64,000 nt of DNA from Gammaproteobacteria bacterium (lineage in GTDB: Bacteria; Pseudomonadota; Gammaproteobacteria; CAJXQU01). The stretch is from NCBI GenBank assembly GCA_965238175.1, contig CBDEGZ010000003.1, forward strand, positions 352,001 to 416,000, written 5' to 3'. Positions 32,305 through 42,208 of the stretch are shown here, in pieces. Positions within the stretch are counted from its first letter, which is position 1, and the number at the start of each line of letters is the position of its first letter. The translations under genes and the position numbers were made by a program. Below the pieces are notes generated by a model. The model worked only from the letters and a program-made list of their open reading frames with translations, made no database searches and was not told the DNA's origin.

Positions 32305-33432
32305 ATGATTTATTCATGTTATCCATCCATGTATAAGGTACTAAAAAAACCTATCAGTAATGTGAATGATAAACGCCATTCGGTAGAAGATGATCTGTTT
32401 CTTCCAGATTTTTGCAACATTCGTACCATCTTTGTTGTCGTGCTTATCGGCGAATTACTGGCTATTTTATTAACACTCGCCGGAAATAATAGTTTCTCCA
32501 GTAGCCTTGCCTATCTTGGACTGATCTCTTTTTTCATCCTTTGGATTGGTTTAGCCAGCTGTGCAATTTTATGCACAACCAGACCGATGTTACGAAAACT
32601 AACTCAGACTCAAGCGGGTTTAACGGCTTTTCTGACTATTTTGATCATTACCGCAATATTTTCATATTTAGCGCTAGTGCTTTTACAACAAAACATTGAA
32701 TCCTCTTACTTTAATAAAGTAAGCCCTCTCCACTTTATAATCGGCAATCTAGCAATATCAAGCATGATCAGCGCTTTATTACTTCGCTATTTTTATGTGC
32801 AATATCATTGGCAACGACAAATAAAATTTGAAGCTGAGGCAAGAATCCAGGCACTTCAATCACGAATTCGACCACACTTTCTTTTCAATAGTATGAATAT
32901 TATTGCCAGTCTGACTCGTTCAAATCCTGTACTCGCGGAACAAACAGTTGAAGATCTCGCTGATCTTTTTCGTGCAAGTTTATCTGGCCCCCAAAATCAT
33001 ACGACCTGGAGAAAGGAATTAAAATTGTCGCGGCAATATTTACGTATTGAAGAGTTACGACTTGATGACCGTTTACAAATAGACTGGCAAGTTGATGCAT
33101 TACCTGAAGATGCGCTCTTACCCGCACTCACTTTACAACCTTTACTCGAAAATGCCATCTATCACGGCATCGAACCTTTACCCGATGGCGGAACTGTTTT
33201 GATCCAGGCAAATCGAGCAGGCGATCAGCTTTCTCTGTTGATCAAAAATCCCCTTAGCCTGAATAGCAATCAAAATAACCAAGAATCGGCAAAAAAGGGT
33301 AATCAAATCGCACAAGCAAATGTCCGTCAACGCCTGGAATTATTTTTTCAAAATAAAGGCACATTGAATACCAAAACCTTTGATGATCATTACATCGTGA
33401 CGTTGGCTTTTCCTTACCAGGTGAACATGTGA
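32305..33432 (+). CDS. LytS-type sensor kinase (AlgZ/FimS-like)
   Basis: FLPDFC, four TM helices, ALQSRIRPHFLFNSMN, LQPLLENAIYHG; divergent from argH; true start may be downstream. Confidence 0.9.
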   Translation: MIYSCYPSMYKVLKKPISNVNDKRHSVEDDLFLPDFCNIRTIFVVVLIGELLAILLTLAGNNSFSSSLAYLGLISFFILWIGLASCAILCTTRPMLRKLTQTQAGLTAFLTILIITAIFSYLALVLLQQNIESSYFNKVSPLHFIIGNLAISSMISALLLRYFYVQYHWQRQIKFEAEARIQALQSRIRPHFLFNSMNIIASLTRSNPVLAEQTVEDLADLFRASLSGPQNHTTWRKELKLSRQYLRIEELRLDDRLQIDWQVDALPEDALLPALTLQPLLENAIYHGIEPLPDGGTVLIQANRAGDQLSLLIKNPLSLNSNQNNQESAKKGNQIAQANVRQRLELFFQNKGTLNTKTFDDHYIVTLAFPYQVNM

Positions 33433-34157
33433 CTGATCTAAAAACACTTATTGTTGATGACGAATCACTAGCACGTGATCGATTACGTTCACTGGTTGAA
33501 GAAATTGGTGGCGGTACAATCGTGGCTGAAGCTGGCAATGGACAACAAGCCATTGAAGCTATTCAAAAAGAATACCCAGATGTTGTATTAATGGACATCC
33601 GCATGCCCGGCATGGATGGTATCGAGGCGGCAAAACATATCTCAGACATGAAACACCCACCAGCAGTTATTTTTACAACAGCATACGGCGATTATGCATT
33701 AGATGCTTTTGATGCACACGCCATTGATTATTTATTAAAACCTATTCGCAAAGAACGACTCGAAGATGCACTGAAAAAAGCAAAAGTAATGACACAATCT
33801 ATTATTGAATCATTACAAGAAGATCTACCTGAAACGCGCACTCATATCAGTGTTTTTGTGCAAGGGAATATTCGTCTTATTCCTGTTACAAAAATTTTAT
33901 TTTTTAAAGCTGAACAAAAATATATTTCTGTTTTCACGAAAGATGGTGAAGTATTGATCGAAGAATCATTAAAATCTTTAGAAGTAGAATTTGAGGAAAT
34001 ATTTATCCGTATTCATCGAAATACTTTGGTGAAAAAATCTGCCATTATTGCTCTCGAAAAAACAGAGCAAGGTTTATTTGTTAAGTTATCTGATGTTGAA
34101 GAATCATTACCCATCAGTCGTCGCCTACAAAGTGCGATCAAAAAACTGTTATCGTGA
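33429..34157 (+). CDS. LytTR response regulator (AlgR-like)
   Basis: IVDDE, DIRMPGMDG, IFTTAY, DYLLKP, AEQKY, FIRIHRN, ISRR. Confidence 0.92.
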   Translation: MTDLKTLIVDDESLARDRLRSLVEEIGGGTIVAEAGNGQQAIEAIQKEYPDVVLMDIRMPGMDGIEAAKHISDMKHPPAVIFTTAYGDYALDAFDAHAIDYLLKPIRKERLEDALKKAKVMTQSIIESLQEDLPETRTHISVFVQGNIRLIPVTKILFFKAEQKYISVFTKDGEVLIEESLKSLEVEFEEIFIRIHRNTLVKKSAIIALEKTEQGLFVKLSDVEESLPISRRLQSAIKKLLS

Positions 34158-34925
34158 AGTCAATTTCTTATGATCAAAATTACCGTTCTTCAAAAAATAT
34201 AATGTTTGAAAAATCACCAGATCACTTTTCATTATAAATGTGTGACTATGCGGCACGACCATAAAATCTTTCATACCTTCTAATTTCGCTCTTTCAACAG
34301 AAACCTTACCATCATCTTCACCAGGAATGAGTTGTGAGAGAATTAAATTAATACTGCTATTCCCAGCAATAATGCCAAGTTCAAAATCAGCCGCGCCGAG
34401 TTTATTAGGAACACTTTCAATATCTGTCCCCAATTCATTTCCAGCAGGTCCATTAATAGCCTCGAAACCAGGTACGTTTGATAGTTTATCAACAACTTCC
34501 GAACCTTGATTTGGTGGCCCTAACATGACTACTCGCCCAAGGTTTTTAATTTCGTTTTCTTGAAGATAATTCCGAACTAATATTCCACCCATAGAATGGG
34601 TTACAAAATGAATTTTTTTGACTTTATCCGTAACACATTCTGTTAGCATTTTTGGTATTTCATTTTCTGATAGTTCTGAAATTGAGAACTTGGTGGAAGG
34701 GTAATCGTGATTAACGGTTCTATAATTTTCAGATATTAATTCATCTTCAACCTTACTCATTGAACTACTGGATCTCGCTAATCCATGCAGCAAAATCACA
34801 CATTCATTTGAATGATCAATTTCAGCCTGATTATTATCAAGATCATTAGCAATCACTATACGACCAAATAAGACTTGTAAAAATATTGTGAAAAAAATGC
34901 AGAGTGAAAATTTATTTTTGCTCAA
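34149..34925 (-). CDS. Secreted alpha/beta hydrolase (lipase-like)
   Basis: LLHGL, THSMGG nucleophile elbow, GPPNQGS, DDGKV, HSHTF. Confidence 0.9.
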   Translation of the reverse strand: MSKNKFSLCIFFTIFLQVLFGRIVIANDLDNNQAEIDHSNECVILLHGLARSSSSMSKVEDELISENYRTVNHDYPSTKFSISELSENEIPKMLTECVTDKVKKIHFVTHSMGGILVRNYLQENEIKNLGRVVMLGPPNQGSEVVDKLSNVPGFEAINGPAGNELGTDIESVPNKLGAADFELGIIAGNSSINLILSQLIPGEDDGKVSVERAKLEGMKDFMVVPHSHTFIMKSDLVIFQTLYFLKNGNFDHKKLTSR

Positions 34926-35349
34926 GTTTGTAACCTAATGATTCCAGTTTTTTTGAAATTATTTCTGCTTTTTCCTTACTACCACCGACGATATCAGGCG
35001 CTTGATCATAAAAAGCCCTGAGATCAAGAAGTGCATCTATATCTTCTGGCTCAACTTCAACTGCCTTCTCAAAACTAACACGTGCTTTTTTTGCCCAGCC
35101 CATTTTACTATACCAAGGTGCTTGCTCAGCTTGTAAACTGTAGGTGCGAGCTAACCAACGATGATAATCCGCTTTTGTTGGATCCGTTTTTACGGCCTTT
35201 TCCAATATTGAAATCGCAGTCACATAATCATCACGTTCAATGGCTTGCAAGCCAGATTTATATAACTGTTCAGCTTCAACCGCATAAGTTTGAAGTGATG
35301 GAGACAGAAACAAGAATAAAATAGCAAAAATTTGAATACTTTTTTTCAT
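34912..35349 (-). CDS. Secreted TPR-repeat protein
   Basis: Signal peptide; A...LEKAV..DP..A.YH.WL; AP.IVGGS.EKA. Confidence 0.8.
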   Translation of the reverse strand: MKKSIQIFAILFLFLSPSLQTYAVEAEQLYKSGLQAIERDDYVTAISILEKAVKTDPTKADYHRWLARTYSLQAEQAPWYSKMGWAKKARVSFEKAVEVEPEDIDALLDLRAFYDQAPDIVGGSKEKAEIISKKLESLGYKLEQK

Positions 35350-35364
35350 AATATAAAAAATCGG

Positions 35365-36123
35365 TTATGTCAGATGTCGTCCACCATCAACTTGAATAAT
35401 CTGCCCCGTACAATAGTGTGCCTCTGCAACCAAAAATTTTACTGCTGCTGCGGCATCTTCTTCCGTGCCCGCTCGTGCTAAGGGCACTCTTTTTAAATAT
35501 TCTTTTTTTGTTTCTTCTGTATAAAAATTGGCCCAAGCTACAACACCTGGTGCAATAGCATTAACCGTTATTTTTGGTGCAAGCTCCAAAGCACAGCTAT
35601 TAGTGATCTCCAGTAAGGCCGCCTTAGAAGCATTGTAGCTAGTATGTTCCCGAAGTGTTTCGCCAAGAATATGAGTGTCGATAAAGTTAACAACCCTGCC
35701 GGTGCTAGAAGGATCATTCTTTGTGTAATGTGCAACCAGCATAGTTGAAAATTTTTGCGTAAGTAATAGAGGAACCTGCGCATTGATTGTCATATCGTGA
35801 TTAAATTTTTCTTTGCTTATTTCTCCAAAAACAGAAGGTTCAAAACAGCTCGCATTATTGATCAATGCATCTAGCCGATTAAAATTTTTATTAAACTGAT
35901 CAAAAACAATTTCCACAGCCTTAGGATCATTTTTATCCACTTGAATTGATTCGGATTTTCGCCCAATCAAACTAATTTCTTTTTCCAGTTCTTGCGCTTC
36001 TTGTTTGCTTTTATTCCAGGTATAAGCAATATCGTATCCTGCTTCGGCAAGTGTTAAAGCAATCGCGCGACCTACCCGTTTTGCACCACCCGTTACGAGC
36101 GCGACTTTATTCATTGACGGCAT
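35365..36123 (-). CDS. SDR oxidoreductase, pteridine reductase/FolM-like
   Basis: VTGGAKRVG, LINNAS, YNASK, VNAIAPG, TGQIIQVDGGR. Confidence 0.85.
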   Translation of the reverse strand: MPSMNKVALVTGGAKRVGRAIALTLAEAGYDIAYTWNKSKQEAQELEKEISLIGRKSESIQVDKNDPKAVEIVFDQFNKNFNRLDALINNASCFEPSVFGEISKEKFNHDMTINAQVPLLLTQKFSTMLVAHYTKNDPSSTGRVVNFIDTHILGETLREHTSYNASKAALLEITNSCALELAPKITVNAIAPGVVAWANFYTEETKKEYLKRVPLARAGTEEDAAAAVKFLVAEAHYCTGQIIQVDGGRHLT

Positions 36124-38122
36124 TCCCGCCGAGTAAATCTTTCAACCCGGCAATTGTTGCGCGACCTTCTTTTTTATCCGTCGGATCAAATTTATCTTCT
36201 CCAACAAAGTGTAAATCGTCACGAGGAAGTTCTTCCAGAAAACGGCTAGGTTCACAATCCACTTTTTCACCATAACGTTGCCGTTTTGTCGCTAACGAAA
36301 ACGTCATTGTTTTTTGTGCGCGTGTAATACCAACATAAGCGAGACGACGCTCTTCCTCAATGGTTTCCATTACAATACTATTTCGATGTGGCAATAAGCC
36401 CTCTTCCATTCCTACCAGATAAACATGAGGAAACTCTAAGCCTTTTGCGGCATGCAATGTCATCAAAGAAATTTGATCTTTATTTTCGTCATCTTCTTGT
36501 GAATTTATAACATCTAATAAGGTTAAATTTCTAACGATTTCTTCAAGCTTGGCATCTTTATCTTTGTTATGTAGACGTGTTATCCATTCGACTAAGTCCA
36601 TCACATTTGCACGACGTCGATCTGCGGCTACCGGATCTTTACTTGTTTGATCTAGCCAGTCATCGTAGGAAATATCGACGAGCAATTGCTTCAAAATTTC
36701 ATTCGGTTTCTCGCTTTCTGCTCGTTCAGCCATGCGGCTTAGCCAATTACTGAAAGTACTGAATTTTGAACTTGCTCGATTACTTAGCTCACTTGCATGC
36801 TCGGTTTCAAACATAGCAGAAAACAAACTTATGTTTTTTTCATTAGCAAAATTCGCCAACTTTTCCACCGAGCTTGGTCCCAACCCACGCCTCGGTGCGT
36901 TGATGATCCGTAACAGCGCATTGGTATCTTCCAGATTAACCAATACTTTAAGATAAGCCATAATGTCTTTGATCTCAGAATAATCAAAAAACGACATGCC
37001 TCCACTTAAGTAATAGGCGATATTTCGTTCTCTTAAAACACGTTCAAAAATGCGCGACTGATGATTACCACGATATAGGATTGCATAATCATGTAGTCGT
37101 GTTCGATGGGTAAATTTATGGTGTGCCAGATCGGTTATGACTTTATCTGCTTCGTCTTCTTCGTTCTTGGCTCGCATAACTCGTAGTCGATCACCATTAC
37201 CCAAATCACTCCATAATTTTTTTTCAAAAACATGCGGGTTACCCGCGATCAATTGATTTGCTGCACCCAAAATCCGACGCGTGGATCGATAATTTTGTTC
37301 GAGCTTGATGACTTTTAGATCAAGAAAATCACCTTGTAAGAGTTTAAGGTTCTCAGGCTGCGCACCACGCCAGGCATAGATCGATTGATCATCATCACCA
37401 ACCACAGTTAATTTTCCTTTGTCACCCGCGATCAACTTCACCAACTCATATTGCGATCCATTGGTGTCTTGATATTCATCAATCAGCAAGTATCTGATCC
37501 GTTCTTGCCAGCCAGCAAGGCATTCTGGATATTGTCGAAAAACCTGCACCGGCAATATGATCAAATCATCAAAATCAACTGCGTTGTAGGTATGTAAGTG
37601 ACGGTTGTACTGTTTGTAGAGTTCTGAAGCCAGGACTGTTTCCGCATCGAATGCTTGTGAAATGGCCTGCTCAGGTGATGTGCAGGCATTTTTCCATGCA
37701 GATATTTTTGACAATATTGGAGCAGCAAAATCTTTGAATTCGCCGTGCGATTTTCGAGTTAATTCGATGATCAAATTCAAACTATCTTGATAGTCAAAAA
37801 TCGAAAACCCTTTTCGGTAACCCAATCGTTCATATTCTTGCTGGGTGATCTGTAAGCCTAATGTATGAAATGTGGAGATCCGCAAACCTTTGATATTAGT
37901 GTCACCCGACATTTTTTTTACTCGTGTTTTCATCTCACGAGCCGCTTTATTAGTAAACGTAACGGCGGCAATTTTACGTGGTTCTAATGCACAATTTTCG
38001 ATCAAATGCAGGATCTTTGTGGTGATAACGCGAGTTTTGCCGCTACCAGCACCAGCCAAGACTAATAGAGGTGTATCAATATGCTTTACAGCTTCACGCT
38101 GCTGAGGATTAAGTCCTGACAA
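36107..38122 (-). CDS. rep: ATP-dependent DNA helicase Rep
   Basis: LAGAGSGKTRVIT, DEYQDTN, VGDDDQSIYAWRGA, LYRGNHQSR, TLHAAKGLEF, EEERRLAYVGITRA; 671 aa. Confidence 0.95.
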   Translation of the reverse strand: MSGLNPQQREAVKHIDTPLLVLAGAGSGKTRVITTKILHLIENCALEPRKIAAVTFTNKAAREMKTRVKKMSGDTNIKGLRISTFHTLGLQITQQEYERLGYRKGFSIFDYQDSLNLIIELTRKSHGEFKDFAAPILSKISAWKNACTSPEQAISQAFDAETVLASELYKQYNRHLHTYNAVDFDDLIILPVQVFRQYPECLAGWQERIRYLLIDEYQDTNGSQYELVKLIAGDKGKLTVVGDDDQSIYAWRGAQPENLKLLQGDFLDLKVIKLEQNYRSTRRILGAANQLIAGNPHVFEKKLWSDLGNGDRLRVMRAKNEEDEADKVITDLAHHKFTHRTRLHDYAILYRGNHQSRIFERVLRERNIAYYLSGGMSFFDYSEIKDIMAYLKVLVNLEDTNALLRIINAPRRGLGPSSVEKLANFANEKNISLFSAMFETEHASELSNRASSKFSTFSNWLSRMAERAESEKPNEILKQLLVDISYDDWLDQTSKDPVAADRRRANVMDLVEWITRLHNKDKDAKLEEIVRNLTLLDVINSQEDDENKDQISLMTLHAAKGLEFPHVYLVGMEEGLLPHRNSIVMETIEEERRLAYVGITRAQKTMTFSLATKRQRYGEKVDCEPSRFLEELPRDDLHFVGEDKFDPTDKKEGRATIAGLKDLLGGNAVNE

Positions 38123-38139
38123 GTATTTTGTTTCCCGCT

Positions 38140-38179
38140 AAAAAAGCCGGAGTATCAGGGTGATAATCCGGCTTTTTTT
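38140..38179 (-). terminator. Rho-independent terminator
   Basis: AAAAAAGCCGGA...TCCGGCTTTTTTT. Confidence 0.75.
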
Positions 38180-38255
38180 CTGAAGTTAATAGAACCCGCT
38201 ACAGCTTATATTTCGTGAGGCATATTGTTCCGTTTGTACTTGCTTTTAGCAAGAC

Positions 38256-38720
38256 TTAATTAATGTTGATGTGAACTCGATTACCGTCACGTGACTTATG
38301 ATTATCTGCGTATCCACTATGTCGCTTTCTATCTTGGCGATAATGCTTGTCATGTCGATCACGCTGTCCGTAATAGTATTGATTACGATAGCGCTTAGGC
38401 TCGGAATAATATCGGTTATCACCACCGCAGCGATTTCTGGAATATCGATCATTATAACGTCGATCACTTTTGTATCGATTCCGATAATAACGATCATTAT
38501 TCGAGTATTTACGGTTATTGTAATAGGAATTATTACGGTATGAATTATTACTATATGAACGATTGTTCGAGTAATAACGCGAGTTGTTGCCATGATGATT
38601 ACCGTAGTAATGTCCACCATGCGAACCAAATTTCACAATGACATCTGCATTCGCAGCGGGTACTACAGCAAAACTTAACAACAAAGTGCAAAGTGTAATG
38701 CTTAATTTTTTTATATTCAT
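38256..38720 (-). CDS. Secreted Tyr/Arg/Asn/His-rich low-complexity protein
   Basis: Signal peptide ending AANA, GAGGAG RBS, repeated Y-x-N-N-R-like units. Confidence 0.75.
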   Translation of the reverse strand: MNIKKLSITLCTLLLSFAVVPAANADVIVKFGSHGGHYYGNHHGNNSRYYSNNRSYSNNSYRNNSYYNNRKYSNNDRYYRNRYKSDRRYNDRYSRNRCGGDNRYYSEPKRYRNQYYYGQRDRHDKHYRQDRKRHSGYADNHKSRDGNRVHININ

Positions 38721-38782
38721 TATATGCTCCTCACCTTACGGCTTGATTAGCCTTAGGTTGAATAAACCCTAACATAAACAAT

Positions 38783-38799
38783 CTGAATTCTTCCTGAAT
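38783..38799. promoter_or_regulatory. 11-bp-period direct repeat (candidate OmpR/PhoB-type site)
   Basis: CTGAAT-tcttc-CTGAAT between divergent genes. Confidence 0.35.
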
Positions 38800-38840
38800 C
38801 GGGTATAATCACGTCCACCTAAAAAAGACGGACTACTTTA

Positions 38841-39386
38841 ATGGACAAGTATTACAAAGAAATTATCCAGAAAATTGGTGAAGATCCTGAGCGGGAAGGT
38901 TTACTAAAAACACCTGAACGAGCGGCAAAGGCCATGAGCTTTCTAACTCAAGGCTATGGCCAAACACTTGAAGAGGTCGTGAATAATGCTGTGTTCAACG
39001 TAGAATCACGCGACTTGATCATCGTTAAAGATATTGAGATTTACAGTCTTTGTGAGCACCACATGCTACCTTTCTACGGAAAATGCCATATTGGATACAT
39101 TCCTAATAATCGTGTTCTAGGTGTCAGTAAATTAGCGCGAATTGCAGATATGTTTGCCCGACGTTTACAAGTACAAGAACGATTGACCAGTCAAATTGCG
39201 CAAGCGATTATGGAAGTACTTCAACCTGACGGCGTTGGTGTTGTTGTCGAAGCAAAACATTTCTGCATGATGATGCGCGGAGTCGAAAAACAAAATTCCT
39301 CAATGGTGACTTCAGCAATGAATGGTACCTTCCGACATTATGAAAGCACGCGTGCGGAATTCCTGAATTTGATCCGTAAGAATTAA
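38841..39386 (+). CDS. folE: GTP cyclohydrolase I
   Basis: [45 protein letters not shown]. Confidence 0.97.
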   Translation: MDKYYKEIIQKIGEDPEREGLLKTPERAAKAMSFLTQGYGQTLEEVVNNAVFNVESRDLIIVKDIEIYSLCEHHMLPFYGKCHIGYIPNNRVLGVSKLARIADMFARRLQVQERLTSQIAQAIMEVLQPDGVGVVVEAKHFCMMMRGVEKQNSSMVTSAMNGTFRHYESTRAEFLNLIRKN

Positions 39387-39745
39387 TACCGCTTCAAAAC
39401 TGATTTAGAGTACGTTTTTGTTGTCGCAAGAACGGAGCATTTATGATCCTTAATAAAATATCAGCCTTCAGCCTATGCACATGAATCGACTCCATAAAGG
39501 ACATCACCGGATATGTCATGTTTTTTCCTAACATCCGTAACTAAATGTGACCTGTTGCTCAGCAGCTCATCGGCCGATGTCTTCGTCAGATATTTAAAGA
39601 CATATGCTCTTACCGGGGGCAATACTGTTATTGGCATTGACTAGTATTTGGGTGTACAGTTGTGCACGGATTGATGGTCAGCAGCAGTAAAAATCAGGAT
39701 TGATCTAAACAATTCTTCAAACTAATTGATCTAGAGGGGGAGATT

Positions 39746-41872
39746 ATGTCAGTACAAATGAAAACAACAGCTCATGGTGGCTGCCCGCACGATTGCCCTG
39801 ATACTTGTTCCATGGTTTTTGAGGTTGAAGATGGGAAACTTACCGGCGTAAAAGGCAACCCCGAACACCCAATGACCCGAGGTGGTCTTTGCGTCAAACT
39901 AAAAGATTACGAGAAACGGCACTACCATCCAGATCGTCTTTTGTGCCCGATGCGTAGAACGGGTCCAAAAGGTAGCAAGCAATTTGAAAGAATTAGCTGG
40001 GATGAAGCGTTAGATACGATCACAGATAAATGGAAAGCAATTATCGAAGAAGATGGTCCGCAAGCAATCATGCCTAATAGCTATCTTGGGCATCAGGGGT
40101 TGGTTCATGGTTTAAACGGTGGTGATGCATTCTTTAACAGGATGGGTGCTACCGTTACTGAACGAACATTTTGTGGCGAAGGATCATGCACAGCCTGGCT
40201 ATCCACAGTGGGGCCAACTGCAGGTGTCGATCCAGAAAGTTTTATTCACTCAAAATATATAATAATTTGGGCGTGTAACTCTGTAAGTACAAACCTACAT
40301 CATTGGCATATTGTCAACCAAGCTCAAAAGAAAGGTGCAAAAGTTGTTGTGATTGATTCTTTTGCATCAAGAACCGCGAAAGAGGCTGATTGGCATATCG
40401 CACCAAAACCTGGGACCGATGGCGCTCTGGCAATGGCGATGATGCAGGTGATAATCGAAGAAGGATTAGTCGATCAAGATTATGTTGATAACTATACCGT
40501 AGGTTATGCAGAGCTTGCCGAACGAGCTAAAGATAAAACCCCAGAATGGGCCGCTGAGATCACTGGTATTTCCGCAGATGATATCCGTACATTTGCCCGT
40601 GAGTATGCAACTACGCAACCTTCGGCCATTCGTATCGGTGTTGCATTAGAGAGAAGCTTTGGTGGTGGCCAGACAATTCGAGCTGTTACCTGCCTTCCTG
40701 CATTAACAGGTGCCTGGCGACATGTTGGCGGTGGTATTTTGCAATTTCCTGTTTGGGAACATCCTTACAAATTTGATGTGATTTGTCGCCCTGATTTGAT
40801 CCCTGAAGGGACTCAAGTAGTTAATAATTTACAAGCTGGTAGAGTCCTTACTGGTGAAACAAAGCTTGAAACACCTATCAAATCGATGATGGTCTGGAAT
40901 ACAAACCCAGTAACACAAGCACCTGAGACAGACAAAATTGTTGAAGGTCTGAAAAGAGAAGACTTATTTACAGTCGTGGCAGATCATTTTATCTCTGATA
41001 CAGCCGCTTATGCAGACATTGTATTGCCAGCATCGATGGGTGCTGAGATGGAAGATATGATCTTGTCATGGGGACATCTTTACCTGACTTATAATGCTAA
41101 ATGTATTGAGTCTCCTGGAGAAGCGATCCCGAATAATGAGATCTTCCGACGTCTGGCTGTACGTATGGGTTTCGAGGAAGAGAACTTCAAGTGGTCAGAT
41201 TCGGAATGTCTTGAAAACTATGTGGATTGGGATTCACCAGCCTGCGAAGGAATTGATCTGAATTACTTAAAAGAACATGGTTATGCTCGATTAACAGTTG
41301 GAACTAAAGATGATCGTGCACCACATAAAGAAGGCAATTTTCCAACGCCATCTGGTAAGTGCGAATTCAAACTCGCTGATGGTGCGACTAACTTTGTTGC
41401 AGGTCCATTTCGTCAGATGTATGAGGGTTTTCAACCTGGTGAATTACTTGATACATTGCCGGATTATGTACCATCAAGAGAGACACCTGAAACAAACCCT
41501 GAGCTTGCCAAGAAATATCCTCTTAACATTATATCTCCAAAGAGTCATGGTTTTTTGAATTCGTGTTATGCGAATATAGAGAATAAGATAAAAGGACAAG
41601 GAGAACAGTTTGTCATGATTAATGCGATTGATGCAGCGCAGCGCGGTATTAAAGAAGGCGATACCGTACAAGTGTTTAATGATCGTGGTGCTTTTGAAGG
41701 TGATGCTAAAATCACAGATGATGTGAACGCCGGTCTTATCGTTGCTACGCTTGGTTATTGGCGCCAGCTAAATACTGGGACAGTTAACAGTATTAGTTCA
41801 GCTGAGTTTGTTGATATGGGTCATGCACCGACATTTTCAGATAACTTGGTTGAAGTGAAACTTGCCGGATAA
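39746..41872 (+). CDS. Cytoplasmic Mo/W-bisPGD (DMSO reductase family) oxidoreductase, substrate unknown
   Basis: CPHDCPDTC...GGLC Fe-S motif, ISWDEAL, PKPGTDGALA, TAAYADIVLPA, C-terminal molybdopterin dinucleotide domain; no Tat signal. Confidence 0.9.
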   Translation: MSVQMKTTAHGGCPHDCPDTCSMVFEVEDGKLTGVKGNPEHPMTRGGLCVKLKDYEKRHYHPDRLLCPMRRTGPKGSKQFERISWDEALDTITDKWKAIIEEDGPQAIMPNSYLGHQGLVHGLNGGDAFFNRMGATVTERTFCGEGSCTAWLSTVGPTAGVDPESFIHSKYIIIWACNSVSTNLHHWHIVNQAQKKGAKVVVIDSFASRTAKEADWHIAPKPGTDGALAMAMMQVIIEEGLVDQDYVDNYTVGYAELAERAKDKTPEWAAEITGISADDIRTFAREYATTQPSAIRIGVALERSFGGGQTIRAVTCLPALTGAWRHVGGGILQFPVWEHPYKFDVICRPDLIPEGTQVVNNLQAGRVLTGETKLETPIKSMMVWNTNPVTQAPETDKIVEGLKREDLFTVVADHFISDTAAYADIVLPASMGAEMEDMILSWGHLYLTYNAKCIESPGEAIPNNEIFRRLAVRMGFEEENFKWSDSECLENYVDWDSPACEGIDLNYLKEHGYARLTVGTKDDRAPHKEGNFPTPSGKCEFKLADGATNFVAGPFRQMYEGFQPGELLDTLPDYVPSRETPETNPELAKKYPLNIISPKSHGFLNSCYANIENKIKGQGEQFVMINAIDAAQRGIKEGDTVQVFNDRGAFEGDAKITDDVNAGLIVATLGYWRQLNTGTVNSISSAEFVDMGHAPTFSDNLVEVKLAG

Positions 41873-41979
41873 GCGAGAACGATAATAGAGTTTTTGATCC
41901 ATCGTCTTGTTGCGAAATAAGTCGATGGATCTTACTTAACCTGAGCTCGGGGTAAGAATTCATATATGGTCTCCTCCCG

Positions 41980-42205
41980 TATTGCAAGATAAAACATTCA
42001 GATAACAGGGACAGGATTGCTGTCATATATACGGCCTTCAATGAAGTTTTCAACTTCTGACCTGGATGTATTACGCGCCTATTTTCCTTATCAGGTTATC
42101 GGTATTAGTTACCCCTGAGCTCGACAGGTTTTCAATAGGCTGGTTTGACCTGTTATGCCATCTTTAGTTTTACCTTCGCAATTCGTTGAAATGATTTGTT
42201 CTCTC
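41980..42205 (-). ncRNA. Candidate bridge/seek RNA region of the IS1111-type element
   Basis: Contains segments matching the target (42091-42098, 42116-42123) and the donor junction (42023-42030, 42065-42070); exact RNA ends not determinable. Confidence 0.65.
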
Positions 42206-42208
42206 TAT

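Noticed and set aside
38246-38629. Ile/Thr/Val-rich alternative-frame and antisense ORFs
   Set aside because: By-products of the low-complexity codons of 38256..38720, which has the RBS and signal peptide
39390-39745. Possible Moco/Wco riboswitch or small gene upstream of the molybdoenzyme
   Set aside because: I could not recognise the conserved riboswitch elements, and a 54-codon minus-strand ORF has no support; an Rfam scan would settle it
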